In this document: positions 19,810-28,933 of the stretch, piece after piece | How the letters are laid out: each line of letters opens with the position of its first letter | Position numbering within the stretch: the first letter of the stretch is position 1 | Translations under genes and position numbers: made by a program | Notes under the pieces: model-generated | What the model was told of the DNA's origin: nothing | The model's database searches: none | What the model saw: the letters and a program-made list of their open reading frames with translations, nothing else | From: Spirochaetia bacterium | GTDB lineage: Bacteria > Spirochaetota > Spirochaetia > UBA9216 | Direction of reading: 5' to 3' | NCBI GenBank assembly: GCA_965140585.1 | Contig: OZ223272.1 | Span: forward strand, 96,001-160,000 | Length of the DNA stretch: 64,000 bases

Positions 19810-20892
19810 TTAAAGTTTTGGCCACTGATCTTTTGGAACGTTCTTATAAACATCCTCAAGCTTATGAAAACCGTCTTTAATTATGATATCAACCATGTTA
19901 TCTTTATCTACAGCAATAACATCTACAGAAAATGAGTCAACATCTTTGGTACCGTTATTGAGCTTTGTCCATACACCGAGAGAACTATCCATTGAACTCA
20001 TGGGGTCCTTACCCTGGGCAAGTGCAACAGCAAGTTCAATAGCAGCAAGATTTAGTTTTGCAAGCGGTTTATATACGGTTCCTGTCTGAAGACCTTCAAC
20101 GATCCTCTGGCAGGCGGCAATATCCGCATCCTGTCCGGCAATAGGAACCTTTCCAGCCAGCCCCTGAGCAGCAAGCGCCTGTACAGCACCACCAGCAGTA
20201 CCATCGTTTGAAGCTATGACGGCCTGAATATCATTATCAGCAAGTGTTAAGCCATTTTCAGCATGCTTAAGAGCTTCACTTGGAGCCCAGCCCTTACACC
20301 ACTGTTCAAGAACAATATTGATGTCACCTCTGTCAATGTATGGTTGAAGCACTTTCTTCTGTCCTTCATAAACAAGATGTGCATTAAAATCTTCCGGACC
20401 GCCTTTTAACCAGATGTAGTTACCCTTTGGAGCTTTATTGACTACAAATTCTGCCTCTTTTTCTCCAACCTTCACTGAATCAAAAGTGATATAGAAATCA
20501 AGGTCTCCGTTTCTTACAAGCCGGTCATAAGCAATAACAGGAATACCTGCTTCATGTGCAGGGCCAACAACGGTTCCAACCGCTTCAGAATCAAGGGCCT
20601 GAACTATAAGCACATCAACACCCATAACTATCAGGTTTTCACACTGAGAAACCTGTTTCTGGGCATCATCCTCAGCTGACTGGACATAGATATCAATACC
20701 ATGAGCATCACCATATGCCTTGAACATATCAATCTCTCTCTGCCAGCGCTCCTGTTTCAGCGTACCGATAGATATACCGATTTTGATTTTACCATCATCA
20801 GCTTTTTCCTGCTGACCGGTTGCGAATGTGTAACCGCCTAACACCAGAACGGAAACCAATAGAATAATTGCAATTCTGAGTCCTTTTTTCAT
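19810..20892 (-). CDS. Sugar ABC transporter substrate-binding protein (XylF-like, probably inositol-binding in this context)
   Basis: Signal peptide; QERWQRE, IAYDRL, ITFDS..VG, GGPEDFNA, SNDGTAGG, GQDAD, TVYKP. Confidence 0.9.
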   Translation of the reverse strand: MKKGLRIAIILLVSVLVLGGYTFATGQQEKADDGKIKIGISIGTLKQERWQREIDMFKAYGDAHGIDIYVQSAEDDAQKQVSQCENLIVMGVDVLIVQALDSEAVGTVVGPAHEAGIPVIAYDRLVRNGDLDFYITFDSVKVGEKEAEFVVNKAPKGNYIWLKGGPEDFNAHLVYEGQKKVLQPYIDRGDINIVLEQWCKGWAPSEALKHAENGLTLADNDIQAVIASNDGTAGGAVQALAAQGLAGKVPIAGQDADIAACQRIVEGLQTGTVYKPLAKLNLAAIELAVALAQGKDPMSSMDSSLGVWTKLNNGTKDVDSFSVDVIAVDKDNMVDIIIKDGFHKLEDVYKNVPKDQWPKL

Positions 20893-20924
20893 ATAATCCT
20901 CCTAAGATTGTTGTAATATTCCAA

Positions 20925-20945
20925 TAGCGTACCACTGGTATACCA
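20925..20945. promoter_or_regulatory. Tandem GntR-type operator upstream of the ABC operon
   Basis: TAGCGTACCA-C-TGGTATACCA; the second site is a perfect palindrome. Confidence 0.7.
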
Positions 20946-20987
20946 TCATGTCAAGGAATTATTTTACATCATTTCAGGAAATCTTAG

Positions 20988-21005
20988 TTCGGCAGGCTGC
21001 TCTAT
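20988..21005 (+). repeat. 18-bp direct repeat, right copy
   Basis: TTCGGCAGGCTGCTCTAT, identical to 10072-10089; includes the stop codon of the 21002-21601 gene. Confidence 0.9.
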
Positions 21006-21601
21006 TTATTTGCAGAAGCTCTCCGCTGACTGTACTCCTCGTCTGTTTCCAGCCGCTCACCCCAGAGGTTCAGCACTGCTGTTCCGTATTCATCATCGAC
21101 CTCAAGTTTAAGGTTGATGTAATCTGCAAACTCCTCTGAAAGTGAGCTGAAAATATTCTGTGCTTCTTCAAGACTCACACCGTTCAGCTCATAGAGAACA
21201 GGCTTCAGTCTTACGGGAATCATACGGCGCTCCCTGCTTTCAGGAGCGGAGTTTTCGTAGTCATATCCTGAAACAACTGTTCCGTCGGCAAGAGTTACAC
21301 GGTAGCCCTGATTTAGGGTGGTATTTCCTAAAACAAGATATCTGCTCATTCCAAAATCGGTATCAGGATGCTTGAATAAAAATTTTTTAAAATCCCGTCC
21401 CGGGAAAAAATGAGCCAGAGGGTTCATAGACGGAGAGGTCCCGTCATTTTCGAATATCCATCTGTGCCACTTGGCATTTCCTCCCTCGGAATCCGGAATA
21501 TAACCTATTATATTACCGGTAAATACCATTCCAAAGGCTCTTATTGAAATAGTGGTACGATCCTTAAAAACCGGATTCGCCTGCCGGGCACGTTCGTTCA
21601 T
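21002..21601 (-). CDS. Hypothetical protein (199 aa)
   Basis: Open frame with a GGAG RBS before MNERARQ; no recognised motif. Confidence 0.65.
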   Translation of the reverse strand: MNERARQANPVFKDRTTISIRAFGMVFTGNIIGYIPDSEGGNAKWHRWIFENDGTSPSMNPLAHFFPGRDFKKFLFKHPDTDFGMSRYLVLGNTTLNQGYRVTLADGTVVSGYDYENSAPESRERRMIPVRLKPVLYELNGVSLEEAQNIFSSLSEEFADYINLKLEVDDEYGTAVLNLWGERLETDEEYSQRRASANK

Positions 21602-21638
21602 CTGCGTCTCCGGTTTAATTATAAAACAGAATATATAC

Positions 21639-21673
21639 AAAAAAAAAGCCTGCAGAGGGAATTCCCTGCAGGC
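21639..21673 (-). terminator. Rho-independent terminator of the SDR gene
   Basis: GCCTGCAG-loop-CTGCAGGC followed by T9 on the minus strand. Confidence 0.8.
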
Positions 21674-21707
21674 AGATACTCATTTTAAAATTGAATGACA
21701 GCGTCGA

Positions 21708-22466
21708 TTATATTGTTGTTCCGTGAGATACGTACATAACCTGAGCTGTAACGGCTTTGGAGGCATCACTTGCAAAGAAGAGAATTGCTTCTGCCTGATC
21801 CTCAGCCTGAGCCTCCGGAACAGAAAGGTCGAGGTGCTGTGCGCACTTATCGGCAAACTCCATATAGAAGTGCTTGAATGCTTCAGGAGCGTTAAGCGGT
21901 GTAGGAGTAGGTCCGGGACCAACAGCGTTACATCTGATGCCTGTCGCTGAATACTGGAGACCGATATTCTTGGTCATTGCGTTAACAGCAGATTTTGCTG
22001 CGCTGTATGAAATACCGGCAAGCCCCATGGCACCGATTGAAGAAACATTAACAATAGAACCTGTCCCAACCTTTTCCATGTGCTCAAGTGTATACTTGCT
22101 CATGTAGTAAACTGAGAACTGGTCAATCAGACATACTTCCATGTACCAGTCTTCAGTACACTTGTTAATAGGCATGTGCTTGTCTGCAATACCGGCATTG
22201 TTAACCAGTACATCTATCTTTCCGTATCTTTCAATAGTTGCGTCAACAACCTTGTGACAGTCTTCCTGCTTTGAAACATCAGCCTGAACAGCCATTATTT
22301 CGCCGCCTGCTGCTGTAATTTCTTCAACAGCTTTTTTGTTTTCCGCCTCTCTTCTACCGCAGATAACAACTTTTGCACCTTCCCTGCAGAAGAGTTTTGC
22401 TGTTGCAAGTCCGATTCCGGAGTTTCCACCAGTAACAATTGCAATTTTATCCTGTAAGCGTCCCAT
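21708..22466 (-). CDS. Short-chain dehydrogenase/reductase
   Basis: TGGNSGIG, NNAG, YSAAK, GPGPTPT; GGAGG RBS. Confidence 0.92.
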   Translation of the reverse strand: MGRLQDKIAIVTGGNSGIGLATAKLFCREGAKVVICGRREAENKKAVEEITAAGGEIMAVQADVSKQEDCHKVVDATIERYGKIDVLVNNAGIADKHMPINKCTEDWYMEVCLIDQFSVYYMSKYTLEHMEKVGTGSIVNVSSIGAMGLAGISYSAAKSAVNAMTKNIGLQYSATGIRCNAVGPGPTPTPLNAPEAFKHFYMEFADKCAQHLDLSVPEAQAEDQAEAILFFASDASKAVTAQVMYVSHGTTI

Positions 22467-22592
22467 TTATTATTCCTCCAAATATTAGGTATTTGTGTTT
22501 TTAACCATAGTAAAGATGAGTACACAAATGTTAGTTAAATTCTTCAATTCTGTCAATGAATAAAAATTGCAATCTTCATACCTTTCAAGTTA

Positions 22593-24551
22593 TTAAACCC
22601 GCATTGAAGCATGGTATGCTTCCTGGTTAGCATGGTAAAAAGTCCGACCCTTTGATACACAGTCCCCAATCAAAAAGACATCATTACCATACCGTCCAAG
22701 AAGCTCCAGCCCAAGCGCATTATCCGGCTCAACGCCCAGGGCATTGACGCAGGTATCCGCCTTATAAATTTCTTTCCTTCCCTCAGGATCGAAAACCTCC
22801 ACACCTGAATTTGAAAAGGATACTATTCTCCGCTCACCTACCAGCTTCACACCGAAGCGTTTAAGATGCTCGAAGAGATCCGCCTTGTTAAAAATAGGCA
22901 TATCAACACAGAATTCATTCACCGGTATCATATCGATCACAGTGACATCCTTTCCTTCCATTGCGAGGGTCAGTGCACATTCAAGGCCCGACAGCCCGCC
23001 TCCGCAGACAACAACCAGCTTACCTGTTTCCGTCCTGTGAGACTCAACATCAATCACGGATTTCACATTTTCACCCTCAATCCCCGGTATCGGCGGAACA
23101 AGATAGTTCGAACCTGTAGCAACAATTACTGCATCAGGACTCTCCTTAGCAACAAGCTCTGCTGATACTTCTGTATTAAATCTGATATCGGCACCGCAGG
23201 ACATGGTCGTCCTGATATTCCAGTCAAGATAGTTTCTCAGATATTCCTTGAAGGGTGCAGCCGTGGCATCTTTTAAAAGACCGCCGAGAGAATCACTTTT
23301 TTCATATAGACTTACACTGTGCCCCAGGGCGGTAAGAGTCTGCGCCGCCATCATTCCGCCGGGGCCGCCGCCAACAACCATTACTTTTTTCCGTTTTTCA
23401 GGTGCAAGAGCTTCAATACTGCCTGCAACACCCATTCGCGGATTGACTGCACAGCGCATTGAAGTACCATAGGCATTCGCATTCCCGCACTGATCACAGC
23501 GGGTACATGGTCTGATATCCTCAACCCTTCCATCTACTGATTTGTGAATCAAATCACCGTCCGCCATATAGGATTTGGCAATAGCAACAATGTCAGCCTT
23601 GCCGGACGCGATGATTTCCTCAGCTTCTGCAAGTGAAGTGATATTTCCAACGACGGCAACAGGAATCTTCAGCCTTTTTTTCGCCTCGGCAGCAAAGGCA
23701 ACATTAAGCTGTCTTCCCTTGAAATATGTAGGGATGGTATAGACCGCAGCTGTAAAGTCAAAGATGCTTCCGCGTGAAATATGTACAATATCAATATACT
23801 GCTGTGCCGCTTCCATGAAGTCGAGCGACTCATCAAGCTGAAGCCCTTCAGGGCTATCCTCTTGGGCGGAAACCCTTATCTCAATGACCATCTCTTCACC
23901 GACCGCATCCCTCACAGCCTTAAGAACCTCAAGCGGCCATCTGCGGCGGTTCTCCGGAGTACCGCCGTATTCATCGGTCCGTACATTGCTTGCAGGAGAC
24001 AGAAACTGGGCAATGAGGTTGTTATGGGCGCAATGAAGCATGATTATGCGGAACCCCGCTTTTTTACATCTTACAGCGCAGTCGACATAACGGCCCTTCA
24101 TATAATCCATATCGGCCCTGTCCATTTCTTTCAGATGGGTTTCTTCCGGGTTCAGCGGACGGGAGGCAGATACAGCAAGCACAGGCGGGCAGTCTATGTT
24201 CTGTCTTGAACCTCTTCCGGCATGTGCAAGTTCAACGGATATCTCGGCTCCGTTATATCGTGCAGCTTCTACCAGCTGGTTCATACCATGTATGTTGTCA
24301 TCGGAATTAACGTTCATTTCGCAGAGCCATGCCGAGTCATTTTCATGGGTAACAGGAGTATCGCCAACAGTCACATATGCAACCCCGGTTTTAGCCTGCC
24401 ATTCCATGAATTCAAGCATTTCTTCAGTCATATCGCCGTTCGGAGCACATTTCAATACTACAGTAGGTGCATACTGCAGCCTGTTTTTAAGTGTCACACC
24501 CTTTATAGTCAACGGTTGGAACACGTGAGCATACCGTCTAATATCTTTCAT
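22593..24551 (-). CDS. NADH:flavin oxidoreductase (Old Yellow Enzyme TIM barrel + 4Fe-4S + FAD domain; 2,4-dienoyl-CoA reductase/BaiCD-like)
   Basis: ELAHAGR, HCAHNNLIAQFLSP..N.RTDEYGG, CTRCDQC...C.VNP, GGGPGG, GGGLSGLE, IGD. Confidence 0.88.
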   Translation of the reverse strand: MKDIRRYAHVFQPLTIKGVTLKNRLQYAPTVVLKCAPNGDMTEEMLEFMEWQAKTGVAYVTVGDTPVTHENDSAWLCEMNVNSDDNIHGMNQLVEAARYNGAEISVELAHAGRGSRQNIDCPPVLAVSASRPLNPEETHLKEMDRADMDYMKGRYVDCAVRCKKAGFRIIMLHCAHNNLIAQFLSPASNVRTDEYGGTPENRRRWPLEVLKAVRDAVGEEMVIEIRVSAQEDSPEGLQLDESLDFMEAAQQYIDIVHISRGSIFDFTAAVYTIPTYFKGRQLNVAFAAEAKKRLKIPVAVVGNITSLAEAEEIIASGKADIVAIAKSYMADGDLIHKSVDGRVEDIRPCTRCDQCGNANAYGTSMRCAVNPRMGVAGSIEALAPEKRKKVMVVGGGPGGMMAAQTLTALGHSVSLYEKSDSLGGLLKDATAAPFKEYLRNYLDWNIRTTMSCGADIRFNTEVSAELVAKESPDAVIVATGSNYLVPPIPGIEGENVKSVIDVESHRTETGKLVVVCGGGLSGLECALTLAMEGKDVTVIDMIPVNEFCVDMPIFNKADLFEHLKRFGVKLVGERRIVSFSNSGVEVFDPEGRKEIYKADTCVNALGVEPDNALGLELLGRYGNDVFLIGDCVSKGRTFYHANQEAYHASMRV

Positions 24552-24648
24552 ATTTCCTCCCTGGAAGTTTTCATGCTTCATGCTAACGCAAAGAGAGGGA
24601 AAGTCAAAATGGTTATTTCATAGTAATGTTATAACTGCAGCGATATAA

Positions 24649-25200
24649 TTATCGTGAAGGCGGGCAGTTTATCCAGATTGCGACCGATTCACCGTCGGAT
24701 ACATTTGTGATTCGGTGGGGTTTTGAAGAATCAATATAGATGGAATCACCTGCCCCTAAAGTGTATTCATCATCACCAGTCTCGACCCTGAACCGCCCCT
24801 TAACGACAATCCCGCATTCTTCACCGCTGTGTTTATGATGAAAACCCGAAGTTCCATCCTCTTCAAAGGTGCTTTCAAGAACTTCGAACTTATGACAGGA
24901 AACGTTTCGGGTAAGAAGCGAATAAGATACGCCGTCTCTTGTTTCAAGCTTCTGTCTTTCACTTTTCCTGACAACTGGATGAGGGTCATCGATGTCTTCA
25001 AAGAAGGCTGTTAAAGGAGTATTCAGAATTGATGCTATCTGGGCAAGTGTTTTTATGGACGGTGTAACCTTGTTGTTTTCGATCTGACTGATAAGGCTTC
25101 TGGTAAGATTCAGCCTGTCGGCAATGTCCTTTATAGTAAGCTCTTTATCTTTCCTGATTTTTTTTATTCTTTTTCCAATGTTCTGAAGAATATCGTCCAT
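24649..25200 (-). CDS. XRE-family HTH + cupin transcriptional regulator (PuuR/SutR-like)
   Basis: IGKRIKKIRKDKELT...SQIENNKVTPS; cupin HSGEE, GDSIY, PH. True start MDDILQ at 25200. Confidence 0.9.
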   Translation of the reverse strand: MDDILQNIGKRIKKIRKDKELTIKDIADRLNLTRSLISQIENNKVTPSIKTLAQIASILNTPLTAFFEDIDDPHPVVRKSERQKLETRDGVSYSLLTRNVSCHKFEVLESTFEEDGTSGFHHKHSGEECGIVVKGRFRVETGDDEYTLGAGDSIYIDSSKPHRITNVSDGESVAIWINCPPSR

Positions 25201-25297
25201 ATCTGAATATACATCAGAAGCAATTAGTATGAAAAGGTCATCGGGATCTACACAACTACTATTAACAATGCCGCCCGCTTTCACTAAAATAGCCGGT

Positions 25298-26383
25298 ATG
25301 CAAATACGAACTAATAAAATTTTTACTCTAATATTTTTAACAGCAGTTTTATCTGCCGGCAGCCTTTTTGCTCTCGGACAGACTGAATATGAACGTGTAA
25401 ATGACAGCTTTCTTGCCATCGGAACAACCTGCAGTATCAGCATCGATGCCGATACAAAAGGCAGAGTTGCCGGTACAGATAATTTACAGGCATCAGATAT
25501 ATTTTCTGAAATCAGGACCCTGGTTGATGATATTGAGCAGCAGATGAGTGTGACAATTGCGGACAGCACTGCAAATAAAGTTAACAAGGCTGCAGGCCTT
25601 CAACCGGTTGAGATTTCCGCCGACTTCTACAAAGTACTTTCAGAGGGCCTTCAGTTCTCTGAGAAAAGCGGAGGAACCTTCGACATAACCATAGGGCCTC
25701 TTGTAAGCCTCTGGGGAATAGGAAGTGAAGATGCAAGAGTTCCCTCAAAAGCAGAAATAAATGCAGCACTTGAACTGGTTGACTATAACAGACTCAGTCT
25801 CACATCAGACAGCGGAAAATACTATGCATTCCTTGAAACTGAAAAAATGAAACTTGAACCGGGCGGAGTAGCCAAAGGGTTTTCAGCCGATAAAATAGCC
25901 GAATACCTTCATTCCGTGGGTGTTTCATCATCGCTTATAAACCTTGGAGGAAATGTACTTGCATTGGGTACAAAACTCGACGGCTCGGAATGGCGGATTG
26001 GAATCCAGAATCCGGATACATCAAGGGGTGAATACATCGGAGTCCTTTCCATCAGTAATAAAGCAGTAGTTTCCTCAGGTAAATATGAACGCTTCTTTAT
26101 AGAAGATGACAGACGTTACCACCATATCTTAAGCACTAAGGATGGATACCCGGTTGAAAACGGAATAGCCCAGGTGTCAATAATCTGCCCTGTATCAATG
26201 CAGGCTGATGCAATGTCTACCACAGTTTTCTCCCTCGGTGTAGAGGCAGGCCTGGCTCTTGTTGAAGAAATGCCGGACACAGAAGCAATTATTCTGATGG
26301 AAAATAAGGATATGTACCTCACAAGCGGGCTGGGAGACAGTTTCAGCCTCACTGATACGAGCTACAACGAGGTCGGGAGATAA
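25298..26383 (+). CDS. apbE: FAD:protein FMN transferase (ApbE/Ftp)
   Basis: AIGT, FDITIGPLVSLWG, GGVAKG, INLGGNV, WRIGIQNP, SSGKYERFF, YHHI, ADAMST. Confidence 0.92.
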   Translation: MQIRTNKIFTLIFLTAVLSAGSLFALGQTEYERVNDSFLAIGTTCSISIDADTKGRVAGTDNLQASDIFSEIRTLVDDIEQQMSVTIADSTANKVNKAAGLQPVEISADFYKVLSEGLQFSEKSGGTFDITIGPLVSLWGIGSEDARVPSKAEINAALELVDYNRLSLTSDSGKYYAFLETEKMKLEPGGVAKGFSADKIAEYLHSVGVSSSLINLGGNVLALGTKLDGSEWRIGIQNPDTSRGEYIGVLSISNKAVVSSGKYERFFIEDDRRYHHILSTKDGYPVENGIAQVSIICPVSMQADAMSTTVFSLGVEAGLALVEEMPDTEAIILMENKDMYLTSGLGDSFSLTDTSYNEVGR

Positions 26384-26386
26384 AAA

Positions 26387-27829
26387 ATGGCAGTAAAAGA
26401 TCTTCAGGGATTTATTAAACTTCTTGAAAAAAAGGGCGAACTCAAAAGGGTTTCCACAGAAGTCGACAGCTACCTTGAAATAACCGAGATTGCCGACCGG
26501 GTTGTAAAAGAGGGCGGACCTGCCCTTCTTTTTGAGAATGTAAAAGGCTCGGAATACCCGGTTTTCATTAATGGGTTCGGAACCTATGACAGGCTCAATC
26601 TTGCTTTCGGAATAGAGTCTATCGATGATTTTGCTGATCAGATTACAGATCTTCTTGATGTAAGCAGCTATATGGGACTCATCGACAAAATAAAATCGAT
26701 ACCCAAACTGGCCAGAATGCTGGATGTTTTCCCCAGACCGGTTGTCGGCCCCGCAGCCTGTCAGCAGGTGGTGGAGGAGCCGGACCTCGATACACTACCG
26801 GTACTGCACTGCTGGCCCCAGGACGGCGGACCTTTCATGACTCTGCCGCTTGTTTTCACAAGGGATCCGGATACCGGACAGCAGAACATAGGCATGTACC
26901 GGATGCAGGTATTTTCCAAAAATACAACGGGAATGCACTGGCACCTGCACAAAGACGGCCGTGAAATATATGAAAAATACCGTAAAGCCGGAAAGAAAAT
27001 GCCGGTATCGGTAGCCCTCGGCTGTGATCCCGCAATCATCTATTCTGCAACTGCACCTCTGCCGGCTATCATCGATGAAATAATGTTTGCAGGTTTCCTG
27101 CGCAAGGCGGCTGTTGAGCAGGTAAAATGTATAACAAACGATATCAAAGTTCCGGCAAATGCCGAGTTTATCCTCGAAGGCTGGGTGGATCCTGCCGAGC
27201 CTCATGTGCTTGAAGGCCCCTTCGGTGATCACACCGGATACTATTCACTCACAGACTACTACCCGGTTTTTCATGTTGAAAAGATCACCCGTAAGAAAAA
27301 GCCGGTTTTCCCGGCTACCATCGTCGGCAAGCCACCGATGGAGGACTGCTATCTGGCAAAACTTACCGAGAGAACCTTTCTTCCGCTTATAAAGATGATA
27401 AACCCCGAGATCGTAGACATCAACTTCCCGCTGGAGGGTGTTTTTCACAGCTGTGTAATTGTCTCTATAGATAAGAAATACCCCGGCCATGCCAAGAAAG
27501 TCATGAATGCAATCTGGGGCAGCGGTCAGATGATGTACACAAAAATGATCATCGTCGTAGATAAGAACATCAATCCCTCGGATATATCTACTGTAATGTG
27601 GAAGGTCTTCAACAATATTGATGCAAGACGCGACCTGCTTATTACCGAAGGCCCGCTGGATGCACTGGATCATGCATCGCCCCTGCCCCATTACGGAAGC
27701 AGGCTTGGAATAGATGCCACTAAAAAGTGGCCTGAAGAAGGCCACCCGCGTGAATGGCCTGATGACATCGAGATGACGGATGAAGTCAAAGCAATGGTCG
27801 ACAAAAAGTGGTCTGAATATGGCCTTTAA
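26387..27829 (+). CDS. ubiD: UbiD-family prFMN-dependent decarboxylase, menaquinone (futalosine-pathway MqnL-like) type
   Basis: CWPQDGGPF.T, NIGMYRMQ, MHWHLHKDG, EGPFGDHTGYY, GKPPMED, GPLDALDH, GIDATKKWPEEG. Confidence 0.9.
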   Translation: MAVKDLQGFIKLLEKKGELKRVSTEVDSYLEITEIADRVVKEGGPALLFENVKGSEYPVFINGFGTYDRLNLAFGIESIDDFADQITDLLDVSSYMGLIDKIKSIPKLARMLDVFPRPVVGPAACQQVVEEPDLDTLPVLHCWPQDGGPFMTLPLVFTRDPDTGQQNIGMYRMQVFSKNTTGMHWHLHKDGREIYEKYRKAGKKMPVSVALGCDPAIIYSATAPLPAIIDEIMFAGFLRKAAVEQVKCITNDIKVPANAEFILEGWVDPAEPHVLEGPFGDHTGYYSLTDYYPVFHVEKITRKKKPVFPATIVGKPPMEDCYLAKLTERTFLPLIKMINPEIVDINFPLEGVFHSCVIVSIDKKYPGHAKKVMNAIWGSGQMMYTKMIIVVDKNINPSDISTVMWKVFNNIDARRDLLITEGPLDALDHASPLPHYGSRLGIDATKKWPEEGHPREWPDDIEMTDEVKAMVDKKWSEYGL

Positions 27830-28685
27830 AAAACTGAAGCTGTATGCGGAAATGGTGATGTTTTCGCATACGCTTTTTTCGCTTCCCGTAACACTTGCGG
27901 CAATGCTCATGGCTGCACATGGCTTCCCCGGATGGAAAACGTTCATCTGGATAGTGCTGGCATTTACCGGCGGAAGAAACGCTGCGAATGCCATTAACCG
28001 GATAGTTGACCGCAATATCGATGCAAGAAATCCCAGAACTGCCGGGCGGCACCTTCCGTCGGGAAAACTTCACCGGCGTGATGCCCTTGCTGTCGCAGTA
28101 GCCGGAATGATACTGCTTACCCTTTCAGCGTTCATGCTCAACTGGCTCTGTGTAGTACTTCTTCCGCTGGCCGCCGGAATATTCATACTCTACTCCTATA
28201 CAAAACGTTTCACATGGCTCTGCCATATAATTCTGGGTGCGGCCTGTGCCGGCGGAGCATTTGGTGCATGGGTAGGGGTAACCGCAGGAGCTGAACTTAC
28301 AACCTTCGTTCTGGCTGCGGCCAACGCCGCCTGGGTTGCTGGATTTGATGTAATTTATGCGATTCAGGATATCAACTTTGACCGTGCTGAAGGCCTCTAC
28401 TCAATACCCTCCGTCTTCGGAGAAAAACTGGCAAGACTCGGTGCGGCCGGTATGCATGCTGCATCGGTACTGCTTATGGCAGTCACCGGCTGCCTTCAGG
28501 GGCTGGGTATTATCTATTATGCGGGAGTCGGAATCATCACAGCCCTGTTTATCTTTGAACATTTGCTGATTCTGCCTGAAAGAGTTAAAAAAGATTCAAG
28601 ACTGATTAACTTCGCCGCATACAACATCAACCAGATAATCGGTGTGACTTTCCTTCTTTTTACCGCGCTTGATCTTTTGCTTTAA
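27819..28685 (+). CDS. ubiA: UbiA-family prenyltransferase (MqnP-like)
   Basis: HTLFSLP, NRIVDRNIDARNPRTA.R, YSYTKRF, FDVIYAIQDINFD; overlaps the ubiD stop. Confidence 0.9.
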   Translation: MAFKKLKLYAEMVMFSHTLFSLPVTLAAMLMAAHGFPGWKTFIWIVLAFTGGRNAANAINRIVDRNIDARNPRTAGRHLPSGKLHRRDALAVAVAGMILLTLSAFMLNWLCVVLLPLAAGIFILYSYTKRFTWLCHIILGAACAGGAFGAWVGVTAGAELTTFVLAAANAAWVAGFDVIYAIQDINFDRAEGLYSIPSVFGEKLARLGAAGMHAASVLLMAVTGCLQGLGIIYYAGVGIITALFIFEHLLILPERVKKDSRLINFAAYNINQIIGVTFLLFTALDLLL

Positions 28686-28826
28686 CCATAAAAAGACTTC
28701 TCCCGGTACAAAACGCCCCCGTTGATGCTCCAGATATAACTGTCTGCCCCGGACTTTGCTCATATAATACGACTCGTGTGAAGACTCAAACATAAACACC
28801 CCTTTTATTATAAAAATGATCCAATG

Positions 28827-28915
28827 TTAGATTTCTTTCTAATATTAGATCTATATCTTATATTAATCTATTGATTTAGAACATTTTCGAAATTTTATAT
28901 TAGATATATTTCTAA
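28827..28915. promoter_or_regulatory. Four copies of a TTAGA-N6-TCTAA palindromic operator
   Basis: TTAGAtttcttTCTAA (28827-42), TTAGAtctataTCTTA (28845-60), TTAGAacatttTCGAA (28876-91), TTAGAtatattTCTAA (28900-15). Confidence 0.7.
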
Positions 28916-28933
28916 TTAGTGATAAAATAGCGA

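Larger units (their letters stand above)
10090..20987. mobile_element. Inserted inositol-utilisation island (no integrase inside)
   Basis: Flanked by an exact 18-bp direct repeat; self-contained regulator + transporter + catabolic genes; looks AT-richer by eye. Confidence 0.65.

Noticed and set aside
17054-20892. Naming the transporter xylFGH (xylose uptake)
   Set aside because: The family resemblance is clear, but it is in an operon with iolG and shares the iol operator, so symbols were withheld.
25201-25587. N-terminal extension of the 312-aa XRE-cupin ORF
   Set aside because: Antisense to apbE; the HTH starts at MDDILQ (25200) right after a -10 box.
27245-28015. 256-aa minus-strand ORF and the many other short ORFs overlapping annotated genes
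   Set aside because: Antisense or off-frame shadows of well-supported genes, with no motifs or RBS.
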